From Takakia lepidozioides (Eukaryota > Plantae > Bryophyta), in assembly GCA_030704615.1 (NCBI GenBank), contig CM060734.1, forward strand, positions 12,214,001 to 12,278,000: 64,000 nt of DNA, read 5' to 3'. Below are positions 38,001-50,122 of this stretch, piece after piece. The position numbers and the translations under genes were made by a program. The notes under the pieces are model-generated. The model worked only from the letters and a program-made list of their open reading frames with translations. It made no database searches and had not been told where the DNA came from. Each line of letters begins with the position of its first letter. Within the stretch, counting starts at the first letter, position 1.

Positions 38001-41000
38001 AGGGACATTATCAATTCTAATCAGGGACACTATAATTACACCCTAAGCTCCTAATCCAGGTGAATTCAAATTCTCGCTTAAGAATGACTCAGACAAAGAA
38101 GTGAATGTCGTCAACGACATTCAATTTGGATCTATGATTACAATCCTTATTAAGCCAAATTATTTCCCAAAAAGTGCAGTAGAGTTTCCAGTATGATATT
38201 GCACCTGTACACAACTCGCATCATGGCCCACTCTCCTCCAACCTGACTGTCAAAGTCGTTGGACCGTAAAATGTTACCATCTTTGGAGAACTCCCGGAAA
38301 AAACAGTATCTCCAGGTGAGACCTCTCCACTTCCTTATGTATGCCTCCAATGACATTTGGGGAGGGAAACAATCGAAATGTTCAAGTCCTTCAAAGTCTG
38401 ATCCAGATCAGCACAATGACGGCGCGCTTTTTGAGCTGCAAATTGTATATTTGTCAGTATTGCAAGTAAGATACTCATCACATAATTGAAGAAAAGAAAA
38501 CGGCTTATTTGAATACACACCTGACTCCAAAATGTAGCTTTGTGAGCCAGTTATCAAACACCAAATCACTGATTCCTTCCACCTTTGTGCCAGGCTGTAT
38601 GGTGCTCTTTGGGAACTGATTCAAGTCATTACTGTCTGATCTGAGTTCCATATCTCCAACCACCTTATTTTTTGTTTGTGGGGTCGACCATGGATATGGC
38701 CAGCCGGTGCAATTTCTCCTGCTGCATCTCCGGTGCACATGCTTTCATAGTGAGATTTGATCTGCTGAAGGAACTCAAACCAAGTCCAGGATCTACTATT
38801 CTAAGCTGCTTTCCGAAGGCGGACATCAATTTGGTTCTTCGCATTTCAAACTCCTTCTTTATTGCTGCTTCCACACCCTTTGATGTCCTCAGTTCCTCTG
38901 GTGTAGTGCGGTAATATTCGGATTTTCCCTTCTCAGCTGCCTCTGCCAGTTCTTGCTGCATTGATTCAAATAGTGATTAGCACCGAAGGGACTACAAACA
39001 TGTATTCGAAAAGTAAACTGAGTACAGACTCGGGCTTACCGCATACATGTACTCCAGAAACGCCTCTCGAGTCAAAGAATACCAAGTGCCTGCAGCTCTT
39101 CCTGTTTCGCACTTCTTGATTATATTGGGGGGGAGTACTGTCCGAAAATCATCCAGCTTCATCAGACCAATCCTCTGAATTCGGAATAGTGTGTGGACCA
39201 AGCTTGTTTCACACATGCGATTTCTCTGTCGATCTGCAAAAACATTGGAAACATTGCATTCCTTAACACTGTTTTTTTGGGTTAACAAGACACTACAGAG
39301 GGAATGAAATCTCTAGGATGACTTACTTGTTCACGTTGTGCATAGCTGTAAGAAGCCTATCGATGTGGTTTCCTGGATCCAAAACCATTGCCTCCACAAC
39401 AACATGCTTGTCTTTGTCTTTCGCATGGTGTTTCTGGATGTATCCCATCCATGCCAGCAATCGGTGGTTGCCGTCCCAGACGTAGAACATGTGGTTGCAG
39501 AATTGCTGGGTGTTCTTTCCCATCATGAGGCCCAGCTCGAACTCCTCATTGGCATCTTTCCAGCACTCATCCCAGGTATCACTGATCTCTGGAGACACTA
39601 ATGTGCTTTCCCATTTATATCCGTCAGTGACACATAAAAAAACTTGTGCACCAAGTCTGTATCCATGCACGAAATCACTCTCCAATTTTGTTATGTCATG
39701 GGAAAGAGGTGGACGCACAAACTGCATAGATATCATCCGGCACAGAGGGATGTCCAGACGCCCTCCAGATACGAGCATGTCCCTTATAACCTCCTGAGAG
39801 TTACCTTCTGGAATGACATGAGTTCTTTCACCTTGTCAAGGTAGTGCACTTCAGATTCATCTGCTTCATCGTTATTCTCTGAGCTTTTTCCAGATTCGTC
39901 CCCATCTCCAGATCCTTTCCCCTCTGATCCTGTGGGCTTGGACCTCAAAGTTTTCTGCACAATGCCATTCAAATCTGACTGAGTAATGTGCAAATAGTGA
40001 ACGGCAGTAACGACCATCACTCTGTCTCGACGAAACTCACAATGAATGGTGTGAAACAAATTCAGAACCATCTACACAAGCAAAGCTGATCCTGCCGAAT
40101 TCTAAACAAAAGCGAGAGCGAGAGCGAACGGCGTTAACGACAATCACAAAAGACAAGGACCTGCCGGATCGGTGTTGTGTAATGACATATATGTGTAAGT
40201 GATTGGTGGCAACGACATTCAGTATAGTTTAGGACGGACAGTAAGTGCAGATTATTCAGATTGACTCCATTGTGATTACCGTCGCAAGCATTCACGGTTT
40301 CTTGTCTATGTCGAGAGTACTTTCAATCGATACTCTACCTGAATCTACAGTATGGTCTTCAAATCTTTGATTAGCGGTACCGCCTTTCCACTTCTCTATC
40401 TGTTCAACCTCATACAAAGAAAATGCATTGCAATACATTATGACTGAATATGCCGACCCTCACTCTCTCTTCAAACACATAGGTACATAAATCTCATGAG
40501 GAGAATCGAATTGTTAACGACGCTCGCAATTCAGTAGACTTCAATCACATGTTCCTGCTAAAGAAGGGAAGAGGAAGGACTGCTTGAAAGGCAATCAGAC
40601 AGACTGTATGATCTGAACAACAGTGAATGACGGTACCGTCAGTCACCCACTCATTGTGATGTAAACCCTTAACAGAGGAGTAGAAAGCAAATCACCGTTG
40701 TTTCATGGTGATGGTCGGTAACGACAATCCCTTTCTGGGACATTCCACTCAATCTCTACGCAGATCTTCAACAATGAAATGTAAGTTAGAGAAAACTTAC
40801 TGGCGCCTTCTTAGGTTTTGAAATTGGATCCCCTTCTGCAGCTTTCCTCTTCCCTCTCACATCTGCTGGAATTTCTGTCTGCTCTAGGGTTTCTGGACCT
40901 TCTCCCGGTTCAGCGTTCCTCGTACTTCCACCTCCTTCAGTTTCCCTGCGAGTCATCTCTGCATCCACAGGCTGGTTTCCAACGCGCACACTGTTATCGC

Positions 41001-41108
41001 CGACTGTGTCACAGCCGCTGCCTCAGTCTCGGTCTGCTCTTGTGAATCAGTCTCCGCGTTCACCTGCTGCCTTGGCCCTGTGTTCTCCAACAAACGACGC
41101 CTCGTCAT
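35015..41108 (-). pseudogene. Multi-exon gene: ParB/sulfiredoxin-like domain plus C-terminal beta-class N4C/N6A DNA methyltransferase-like domain
   Basis: YVWDGNHRLLAW (about 39460-39490); ADIVILDIPNG (about 36390-36420); EKSPAFMQILLESCS...VVDLSVST joined across an intron to GATYHACKAGGRSLFGMEGD (about 35470-35720). GTAAG donors at about 40800, 39327 and 39040. Stops and frameshifts are present. Confidence 0.65.
37450..38135. repeat. Intronic tandem repeat of about 300 bp with hairpins GAATGTCGTCAACGACATTC
   Basis: AAGTGAATGTCGTCAACGACATTCA occurs at about 37479, 37776 and 38099, with variants at about 37667 and 37981. Confidence 0.85.
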
Positions 41109-42100
41109 TTGCTCTCTTGCTCTGCGTCTCTCTCTAAGGGAAGTAAAATAAAGAGACTTTCTTCTCTTTCGTATTGTAGAAGGAACCCTCTCCAGCTTGA
41201 CTACCACTCTCCCTCTAAGCGCGAAAAGTAGAAAAACGAAGTGACTCCCGATTTCTTGCGGGATTGCGTGCGTTGTTGCTTGTCTCTAGAAGCATCGGAT
41301 TCCCTCTCGCGTGACCGTTACACATAGTCGTTCCCTTAATAGTGCACATGCCAGCAATTAGTGTACAGCTGTTCGTATTCAGTTATCGATGTCTGACGTG
41401 TGTCGCCCAAAATAAACGGCGTGTTCTTTATTAGAACAGTTTCAATATTTAAAAATAACAGCGAATCCCAGAAATCTTGGCGCACAGTCTTAGACAAATA
41501 TATGTAAATGAACGAGAGTTTGATGACAAATTTTGGGATATCATACACGTTCATCCTTGTTAGCCAACCCCACGTTCGTTTCACTTTTGAACTTTCCAGG
41601 TGCGCATGATCATTGGTAGTAGTATAAAGATACATTTACTTAATCTGCAATCCCACCCTCAGATCATGTGGCATGCTTCCAGGAAGTCGGCTTGTTATTG
41701 TGTTTATTGATGAGGTTCTGATTAACGGTTTAACAGCTGCCGACATTGCTCCTAGGGATACTCTGACCACTGGGCCCACAAAAAAGTAATTAAAATGGAC
41801 GGCTGCATATCTGGAAGGAATAACAGAATATGCACAGTCGTCGTCTGAGCTTCCTCCGCCATATTCTCTGCTTATTCTTCAACTGTGTTCTGGAGACATC
41901 AGTAAACCGATTTACACTGAAAGTCTGCGATAGCAAGGTATCAACGTACGCGAGGAAGGAAGATGGCTTCCTCTGAAGCGGAGTTCTTCTCTAACGACAA
42001 ACCAGTGCCGTTCTCCCATGAAGTCCTTGACAATGGATTTGCAATTGTTCTGGAACATGTCTTGGCTACCCGTTTTTAGCTTCAGAATGGCTCCATCTTT

Positions 42101-45100
42101 TTGGAGAAAGAGGTGTACGATTTGAAAGGGAAGTTGTTGAAATACTCTTTCCAAAATCGTGATGAGACGGCTCATGTCAGCCAGTGGAGAGTGCGCCCTG
42201 GTCGATACAGAGTACTTGGAGAGCCTCGGCGAAAGTCCCTTGGGTCATATGTGACGCCCGGGACTGCTGCTTCGGTCGTTGAAGACAAGAGGGAGGTGGT
42301 GGTGAAAAAAGAACAGACGTCCTCCACTCCAATCGTTGAGCTTTCAGATTCGTCCGATGATGACATAAGTGAAATTCCAAATCCAGTCCTTCCTACTGTG
42401 GTTGGAGAAGCTGATGAAGAAGAGATTTGTAGTGTCATTCCCAAAATTACGGGTGATGGGAGGAATGGCTGGATTCAAAAGTGAGTTGCGAGGAATTGAT
42501 TGGGAATCTTTGAAGCAGGTGCCTGTGAAGTTCTTGCCAGAGGCTTTTGATGGCGATATCCTATTCGAACTGCCTCCTCCTCCGCGAGTTAGAGGTGTAA
42601 CAATCATGATGCATGGAATGGACAAAAAACACGGCGGGCACCCGTGGTGCAGAACAAAAACATCCAATATTCAGAATGATGACAAACTTGTTTTCAGGAG
42701 AACAGTTTGCAATGGACACCTTAGGTGTGATAATTTGAATTGCAGACACTTTCTTCAGTCTGGGGTTCATAATCAAAGCGAATGGGAGGGTCTGGCGGAA
42801 AATCCATTTCAGCCTGGGACTGCCCCACCACCGGCAAACACTTTCGTCTGCAAATTCTGCAAACTTGTGCCATCCTGCTTGGCGCTCTGCGGAGCAAGAA
42901 TGTACTATGTTGTCCACCGTTTGGAAACAATGACAAGAGCTTGTGTGCATTTCGGATTCCATAACCATCCCGTCTCGAAGGGGGATTATAGGGACAGTGT
43001 TGAGACACTATCGAGGTTGATTAAATAGGAGTTCGGGAGAAACCCATCCGCAACAACATCTGCAATTGCTCTTGGCGCAAACAAGTCCTTCTTGGAAAGC
43101 CATATTTTGAGTGAAGGGGATTCTGTGGGGACTAAACTTGACGGTGCAGCATTGGACCTGGTCATGGATCATTTCTCTACTTTGAGTTCACCTAACATTC
43201 GGCATCAGATCAATGCATTAAGAATGGGCTCTGGTATCAGAGGCTACATAGACAACATTTTGGAGTTGAAACGAGTGAGCAAGTACGATTACATCCAGGA
43301 CAATGTATTCCCAGGTCAAGGTGCCATCAAAGTTTTTCTTTTCAAAATGTCGACTGTTGGGGAGGGCAGTGGGGTTAGCCTTGTGAAGCGGATGCAGAAG
43401 ACTGGGGACTTGTAGAACTGTTTTCTTATGTTTGATCATGTGAAACGAGTGAAGGATTGGACGACAATGGCTTGTCATGTCTACGATCCAGTGTACCAAC
43501 GAGTTATGACAATTGCAGTTTGTGACATGCAATCCGAGGATACGAAATCCCAGAAGCTCATGTGGAATTCCCTGATACGTGTCATGGGCTGCCATCTCCA
43601 AATTTCGCAAGTTTCATGGCGGATAGTGCTCAAGCAAATTTCAATGCTGTTCGTATTGTCTTCGGATCGGGTGACCCAAAAGTGCCAATGCGAGGAAGAG
43701 AGCGTACATGTCTATTCCATTGGACACAATCTCTGGAAAAACATACAAAGTCGGACATCAAACCAGAGATGCAGACTCAGCACCGTAAATTGTGCAAAGA
43801 GTACAAAGATGCTAGAACAATGAAGGAGGCGGACACTTTGTTCCAAACAATTCGTGCCTGGTGGTTCTCTTCTGGAGCTGCATCACTTGAGAGTATGAGA
43901 GCATTGGAAGATTGGCTGGCGTTTTGGCACTTCCGGTATAGACAGTGGGGAGCAGCCATGGCAGTGGTACGAGGCTTATATTTCTTGCTTTATTCATACA
44001 TTTACTTTCCATTTTATTGTCTCCTCGCTTTCTTTATGTTGTTTTCTGTTCACTGTTTTGAAGTGTGGTTCTCTACTTTGCAGAACATGTCCATTGAGGA
44101 AATGGCGGACATGCCATCTTGCAATTTGGCAGAAACTGTGCACAACGCATGGTTGCAGCAGTCTGGGAAACGAGGTCGGGATTTGTATGTGGCAACAACA
44201 GATGATTTGATACGTGCCTTGCAACAACAAACCCGATACCGCGATTTCTTGCGAGGTGGGGTTGGTGGCAAGGGTCCGGACAAATGGGAGTTGATGTTGC
44301 GTGCTGCAAACAGATCTGGGGATCCAATCAAGATAGCACGGGCGGTGAGCATGTATGCCCAGGGAACGCCACTTGTTTCTAGATTTCCACATCTTGAAGG
44401 GGAGGAGAGATTCGGCTCCTGTAAGAGGAAATTGAACACTCCACCTGGTTTGGATTTCGATTCGCACAGGGCAGACCGTGATAACTTCTCGAAGCCTCGT
44501 GTTCCCCTGCATGACAGCTCCATGTCCGGAACCTCCATTGTGGAGGAACCTCCAACACGACGGCAAGCTCCAGCATCAAACAGTGCCACTGAAATGGTGC
44601 AGGAGAGAAACAACCCCCTTGATGTGCTTGAGTCCGCATGCCCCGACCACGTTTGGCACATAGAACGCACAAGTGTAGGGTTTCGTGTGAAATGTACAGC
44701 GATCAGGGCAACTAATTTCGAGAAGTGCACTTCATCTATATCCAGAGGTGGTGCCCGAATTTCTGCTCCGACTTTCACGGGTTTGATGCGTCCATACGGT
44801 CAACCATAAGCCAAGAACCACAAGTTCTGGTTTTGCGCAGATGATTGTGCCAGATGTGTGCATGGAACTGTGCGTCCTTCCGTAGTGATGAAGCCATCTC
44901 CTCCAACCGTTTGGCCCGTGAAGGTGGGAACACATCTCAGATTTCAGGAGATTGAAATGCTGGAGGAGGCAGGCTTTTCCCTTGCGAGACAACCCCAACT
45001 CCATGCATGTGCTACTACTTCTGTGTCCTCCCGGGTCCCCCCGACAAATCCTGACATGTGGCCAACCAAACGAGATGGAAAGCTCGTTCGGCGTTTCCCT

Positions 45101-45469
45101 CCAACCGCTGAACACTTTGGCAAAGTGGAGTCCGCAAGAATGCTCCAAGCTCGTGTTGGAAGCACCACGGAAGTACCCAATCCAGGATATGGTCGGGTAT
45201 TCACAATCATCACTTCCACATCTACTGTTCATGACAGGATCTACGACATCACGGTTTCCAATTTCCCCAATTGCACATGTCCTGATTTTGTGAATATGCT
45301 ATCAACCAATTTGGGCAAGAGAGGTAAATTCATACCCTGCAAACATTTGTATTTCATATTTTTGAAGAGGATGATTTGCGATCCCAAACGTGACAACTTC
45401 ATTCACCAGGCCACTATGAGTTTCAACGAGGTCGATACTCTATTGCAGCGGGATACAACACATGGGTAG
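42101..45469 (+). pseudogene. MULE-family DDE transposase with an N-terminal Cys/His zinc domain and a C-terminal SWIM finger
   Basis: FDHVKRV, FMADSAQA, CLFHW and CNLAETVH (D, D, CxxH, E pattern); SWIM motif YDIT...CTCPDF...CKH; probable 117-bp GT-AG intron at 43967-44083; several stops. Confidence 0.85.
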
Positions 45470-46070
45470 CATCAACTATGCAATGTGGTATGTGGACGAC
45501 CATGATTTGAAATGTGTAATTCACATCAATTCGTCGGCGGTGCAATGATATGGCCTCCAACTATACGGAGTGAGCTCTGAGTGGCAACTTTTAAAAGCAC
45601 ATTTGTCATTGCACCGTTCGAAGTCTACATGTCTTGCTGTCACTATGCACTACAATCATCTTTTGAAGAATATCCGAACTCTCATTGTTATTTGAGGAGG
45701 GAGGAAGGTCTTCCCGTGGCAGCCTCTATGGCGCACACTTTGTGAGGATATTTTCTCGTCCTCGTAATTGTAAAAGTGAAACAAGCATTTGCAATTGCAC
45801 AATGTTGGATGTTACAATTGTAGGCCTGATGGTAGTCTTGATTCTATTTAGGCAAGATTCCCTGCATTAATTCCACGGTCATAGGACCATCCTCGGTTAT
45901 AGGCGGCGCATGTTAATGCTGACGTGGCAGATGACGGACAGTGCCACATCATCATTTGCCGCCACATCAGCATGCTGACATGACGCTCACGCCACGTCAG
46001 CGTGGGTGCAGGCTCACGCCACGTCACTCCTGCGTGAGCGTACGCTCGCGCGCTCACGCCATTGCGTCGT

Positions 46071-47598
46071 TGCTGAGGATGCATTTTACGACCGTCGTTC
46101 GATGCTTCGAACGGACTTGCATTATGCGGGGGCTTTGCTCAATCCATTCTTGCTCGACAATACCATGCTCCGAGACAACGCTGATGCCAAGGCCGGCCTC
46201 GTGCGAGTGCTCATGCGACTGGCTCCGCCGAACCATGTAGAAAGAGCTATATCCGAGTACCAATGCTTCTCAGATCGCCGCGACCCTTTTGAGGACATGC
46301 CGGATCCAAAAGAGCTCAATATGTTGCCACCTGAATGGTGGGATCTGATTGGAGCTGGAGCAAGAACATTGGCTCCCATTGCGAAGCGTATTCTTGCTCA
46401 AGTGTGCTCTGCCTCATCTTGCGAACGCAATTGGAGCAGTTACTCATTTGTTCACAACAAAATTCGCAACAGGTTGAATCCCGCGAGGGCTGACAAATTG
46501 GTGTATGTGTATACCATTTGCCGATTGCTACGTGAGAGGACAGTGGATGATGCTGCAACATGGTATGAAAGGAATTTGCATTCCAAAGACTCTACTTCTA
46601 AGGCTGATTCGATGAGTGATGATACTGAGCCTCAGAGAGAATCATCTCAGAGGGAATCATCTTTTCGATAGTGAAGATGGATCCGATGATGCTCCCGAAA
46701 ATGCGTATGACCCGTTTACATTCACAGAGGATGATGCTTATATCCAGCCGACCTTTGATGACTTTCTTGAAGAAGTGCGTATTGCAGATGAAGGTGAAGC
46801 TGCAATTGTGTCATCCCCAGAACATGGTCCTCAAAATGAAGTTGGGGTCGACCCTCGCCCCCCACTACACGCTGAAGCCACTGGTAGTGCCCCAATGGAG
46901 CTTAAGGGTGATGTACTGCCAGGACCAATCGACGTACGCAACCATGTTCATACAAACGATGGTGTCGAACCCATTGTACAGTCGACGGGACGGGATCATG
47001 CCTCACCGATATGACCAACTCCACCACAATGTCAAAATCGATCAGCTCTCCATCAACACAGCGGGCATTAAGGAGCAACAAGATTGATCTGTTTTCCACA
47101 CGCATGCATCATTCTGCTGCATTGGACCGGGCGGAAGTTGAAGCCTCGGATGATGACAACCTGCCACTACAATTCCACCTTAACCGACGTGTTGCGCAGC
47201 AGACCCGTGGTTCCTCACATGCTGGACCATCTAATGCCGGTCCATCTCAGGCAGTCCCCCCTCCGGTACCTCCTTCGAGACCACCTTCGATTGCGTCCCA
47301 AGTCCATAAACGATAGAGAACAGTCCAACCTTTTGTAGGCGATCGGCCCACAAACAGGCCAGATACCGTGGATGGTATTCAAGACCGAAGCGGGAGTTGA
47401 CCTCAGAGAGAACTAAATGTGGTTCGAGGTCGCTTGCAGATTCAAAGGCCTGGACATATGAGGTCGGATAGGGAGGACGATTCCAGCACTGATCATGGCA
47501 ACGGTGGTGAAGTCGAGGGTGACCCGGATTTTCAACCCATCGGAGCATTAGGATTATGATCTTCTTTGTCCCGCCGTCGAAGCAGTAGAAGGAATTGA
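46071..47598 (+). pseudogene. hAT-type transposase copy 2, segment 3 (dimerisation domain and tail)
   Basis: AEDAFYDRR...LHYAGALLNP...EWWDLIG...SSCERNWS. The tail ends STDHGNGGEV...RRN-stop, as in copy 1. Confidence 0.92.
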
Positions 47599-47871
47599 AG
47601 CAAAACAACTGTAGGCATGCATCAGCACTTTTTAGTGGATATGTTTATATTTCTGTACTGAAGTAATACCAATGTGATCATTGTCACTATGAGTATTTGT
47701 ATTGCTGTTGTGTATGTGTTGGGAAAAAAAAGATGTTGCCCACGTGTATACCAGCCAAAATGTCGGCCAAAGGCACCGTCACTTGCTCATGTTTGTGTTC
47801 GGTGATTTGCTTGTGGAATGGAGAACAATTGTGCCATGCTTCCAACTGTGCATTCATTTTTATTTAAATGG

Positions 47872-49745
47872 AGCGACCGCCAAGGTGGCGGTCACTTCTA
47901 CGAGGTCTGCCCCTCTGCGTGGAGCGAGGAATGAGGGGGGGGAGGGGGGCATATAAGCTCCCAGTCATTATTTTGGAAATGAAACGACCGCCGTTACTGG
48001 TGGTCGTTTTTTTGTTTTTTTGGAGCAAAATGGAGCGACCGTAGAGGCGGTCGCCGTTATTGTTGTTTTTTGTAATTGCAGCGACTGCCATTAGTGGCGG
48101 TCGCTTTTATTGAAATCTGGTTGGAAATGGAGCGACCGCCATTTATGGCGGTCGCTTTTATTTTAATTGTTTTGAAAATGAAAATGGAGCGACCGCTAAG
48201 GTGGTGGTCGCTTCTACGAAGTATGCCCTGCACATGGAGCGAGGAGTGAGGCGGGGGGAGGGGGGCATATAAGCTCCAGGACATTCTCCCCTCACTTCTG
48301 GTCGCTTGAAGTTATTTTTTGTTTTTATAAATGTAGCGACCGCCATTACTGGCGGTCGTTTTTTTTTTTTTTTTGGCGAAATGGAGCGACCCCATAGTGG
48401 CGGTCGCTTCTACGAGGTCTACCCTGCGCGTGGAGCGAGGAATGAGGGGGGGGGCATATAAGCCCCCAGTCATTCTCCCCTCACTTCCATTACTGGCAGT
48501 TTTTGTTTTTACAAAATGCAGCGACCACCATTTCTGGCGGTCGCTGTAATGGTTATTTTTTAAGATGCAGCGACCGCCATTACTGGCGGTCGCTTTTATT
48601 TTAATTATTTTGGAAATGAAGCGACCGCCGTTACTGTCGGTCGCTTTTTTGTTTCTTGGAGGAAAATGGAGCGACCGCCATTAGGGGCGGTCGCCGATAT
48701 TGTTGTTTTTTGTAATTGCAGCGACCGCCATTAGTGGCGGTCGTTTTTTTTTAAATTTGGTTGGAAATGGAGCGACCGCCATTTGTGGTGGTCGCATTTA
48801 TTTTAATTGTTTTGAAAATGAAAATGAAGCGACCGCCATTACTGACAGTCACTTTTATTTAAATGTTTTTGAAAATCAAGCGACCGCCATGATTGGCGGT
48901 CGCTTTTATTTTAATTGTTTTGAAAATGAAGCGACAGCCATTGCTGGCGGTCGTTTTTATTTTAATTTTTTTGAAAATAAAGCGACCGCCCATGTTGGCG
49001 GTCGCTTATTTTTTTTAAAGTTTTTGAAAATGAAGCGACCGCCTATGTTGGCCGTCGCTTATTTTTTTTAAATGTTTTGAAAATGAAGCGACCGCCGATG
49101 TTGGCGGTCGCTTATTTTTTTTAAAGTTCTTGAAAATGAAGCGACCGCCCATGTTGGCGGTCGCTTATTTTTTTAAAGTTTTTGAAAATGAAGCGACCGC
49201 CCATGTTGGCGGTCGCTTATTTATTTTAAAGTTTTTGAAACTGAAGCGACCGCCCATGTTGGCGGTCGCTTATTTATTTTAAAGTTTTTGAAAATGAAGC
49301 GACCGCCGATGTTGGCGGTCGCTTATGTTTTTTAAATGCTTTGAAAATGATGCGACCGCCTATGTTGGCGGTCGCTTATTTTTTTTTAAGATTTTGAAAA
49401 TGAAGCGACCGCCTATGTTGGCGGTCGCTTATTTATTTTAAAGTTTTTGAAAATGAAGCGACCGCCCATGTTGGCGGTTGCTAATTTTTTTAAATGTTTT
49501 TGAAAATGAAGCGACCGTTTATGCTGGCGGTCGCTTATTTATTTTAAAGTTTTTGAAAATGAAGCGACCGCTTATACTGGCGGTCGCTTATTTATTTTAA
49601 AGTTTTTGAAAATGAAGCGACCGCCTATGTTGGCGGTCGCTTATTATTTTATTTCCGGAAAATGGTGCGACCGCCGGTTCTGGCGGTTGTTGTTTTTTTT
49701 TTTTTTTTCCGGAAAATCGAGCGACCGCCAATTCTGGCAGTTGCT
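47872..49745. repeat. Long GCGACCGCC palindrome array; the part at 48980-49650 is a very regular tandem of 52-54 bp
   Basis: The unit TGAAAATGAAGCGACCGCC-NATGTT-GGCGGTCGCTTATTT recurs about 13 times in the regular part. Three extra TATAAG modules are embedded at about 47951, 48268 and 48456. Confidence 0.97.
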
Positions 49746-50122
49746 TCTAGAAGATTCGCCCTGCACGTGGCCCGAGAAATGAGGGCGGGGGGGGGGGGGG
49801 ATATAAGCCAAGGGAGGCTTATTCTCCCCTCACTTCCTTTCCACACAACTTCTGTGTGCGTGGCATTTCATTATTCCACGACACGTAGTCAAGTGGAGAA
49901 GGAGGCCATTGGTTGGGTGGGGGGTATATTTTGCCGCGATTTCTGTGAGGTCGTTGCAGAATGCTCCCATAGGCTCTCCTCTAGCCTCCAGGATCATTTT
50001 ATTCTACAAAATTAGCTTTTAGGAACTATTTCGACACCTACTCAAACCTATTTAACGGGGGAAGGGTTAAGAGTTACGTCTTTTTAGAAAACCTCGTTTA
50101 GTGTTGCTCCGATTGTTGTAGA

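Larger units (their letters stand above)
34292..46070. mobile_element. Mutator-like (MULE) element with two divergent genes
   Basis: 10-11 bp TSD TGCTGAGGAT(G) at 34281-34291 and 46071-46081; imperfect termini sharing GGCGTGAGC/GCTCACGCC; MULE-type transposase with a SWIM finger. Confidence 0.88.

Noticed and set aside
43967-44083. Transmembrane segment in the MULE transposase ORF
   Set aside because: The hydrophobic stretch coincides with a T-rich, 117-bp GT-AG intron that happens to be in frame.
48700-49071. Repetitive ORFs in arrays (also 10834-11220 and 20062-20573)
   Set aside because: They are translations of tandem non-coding repeats.
47872-49745. CRISPR-like appearance of regularly spaced palindromic repeats (also 10745-11395 and 19657-20662)
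   Set aside because: The spacers are low-complexity, AT-rich and similar to each other rather than unique, there are no cas genes, and the context is eukaryotic.
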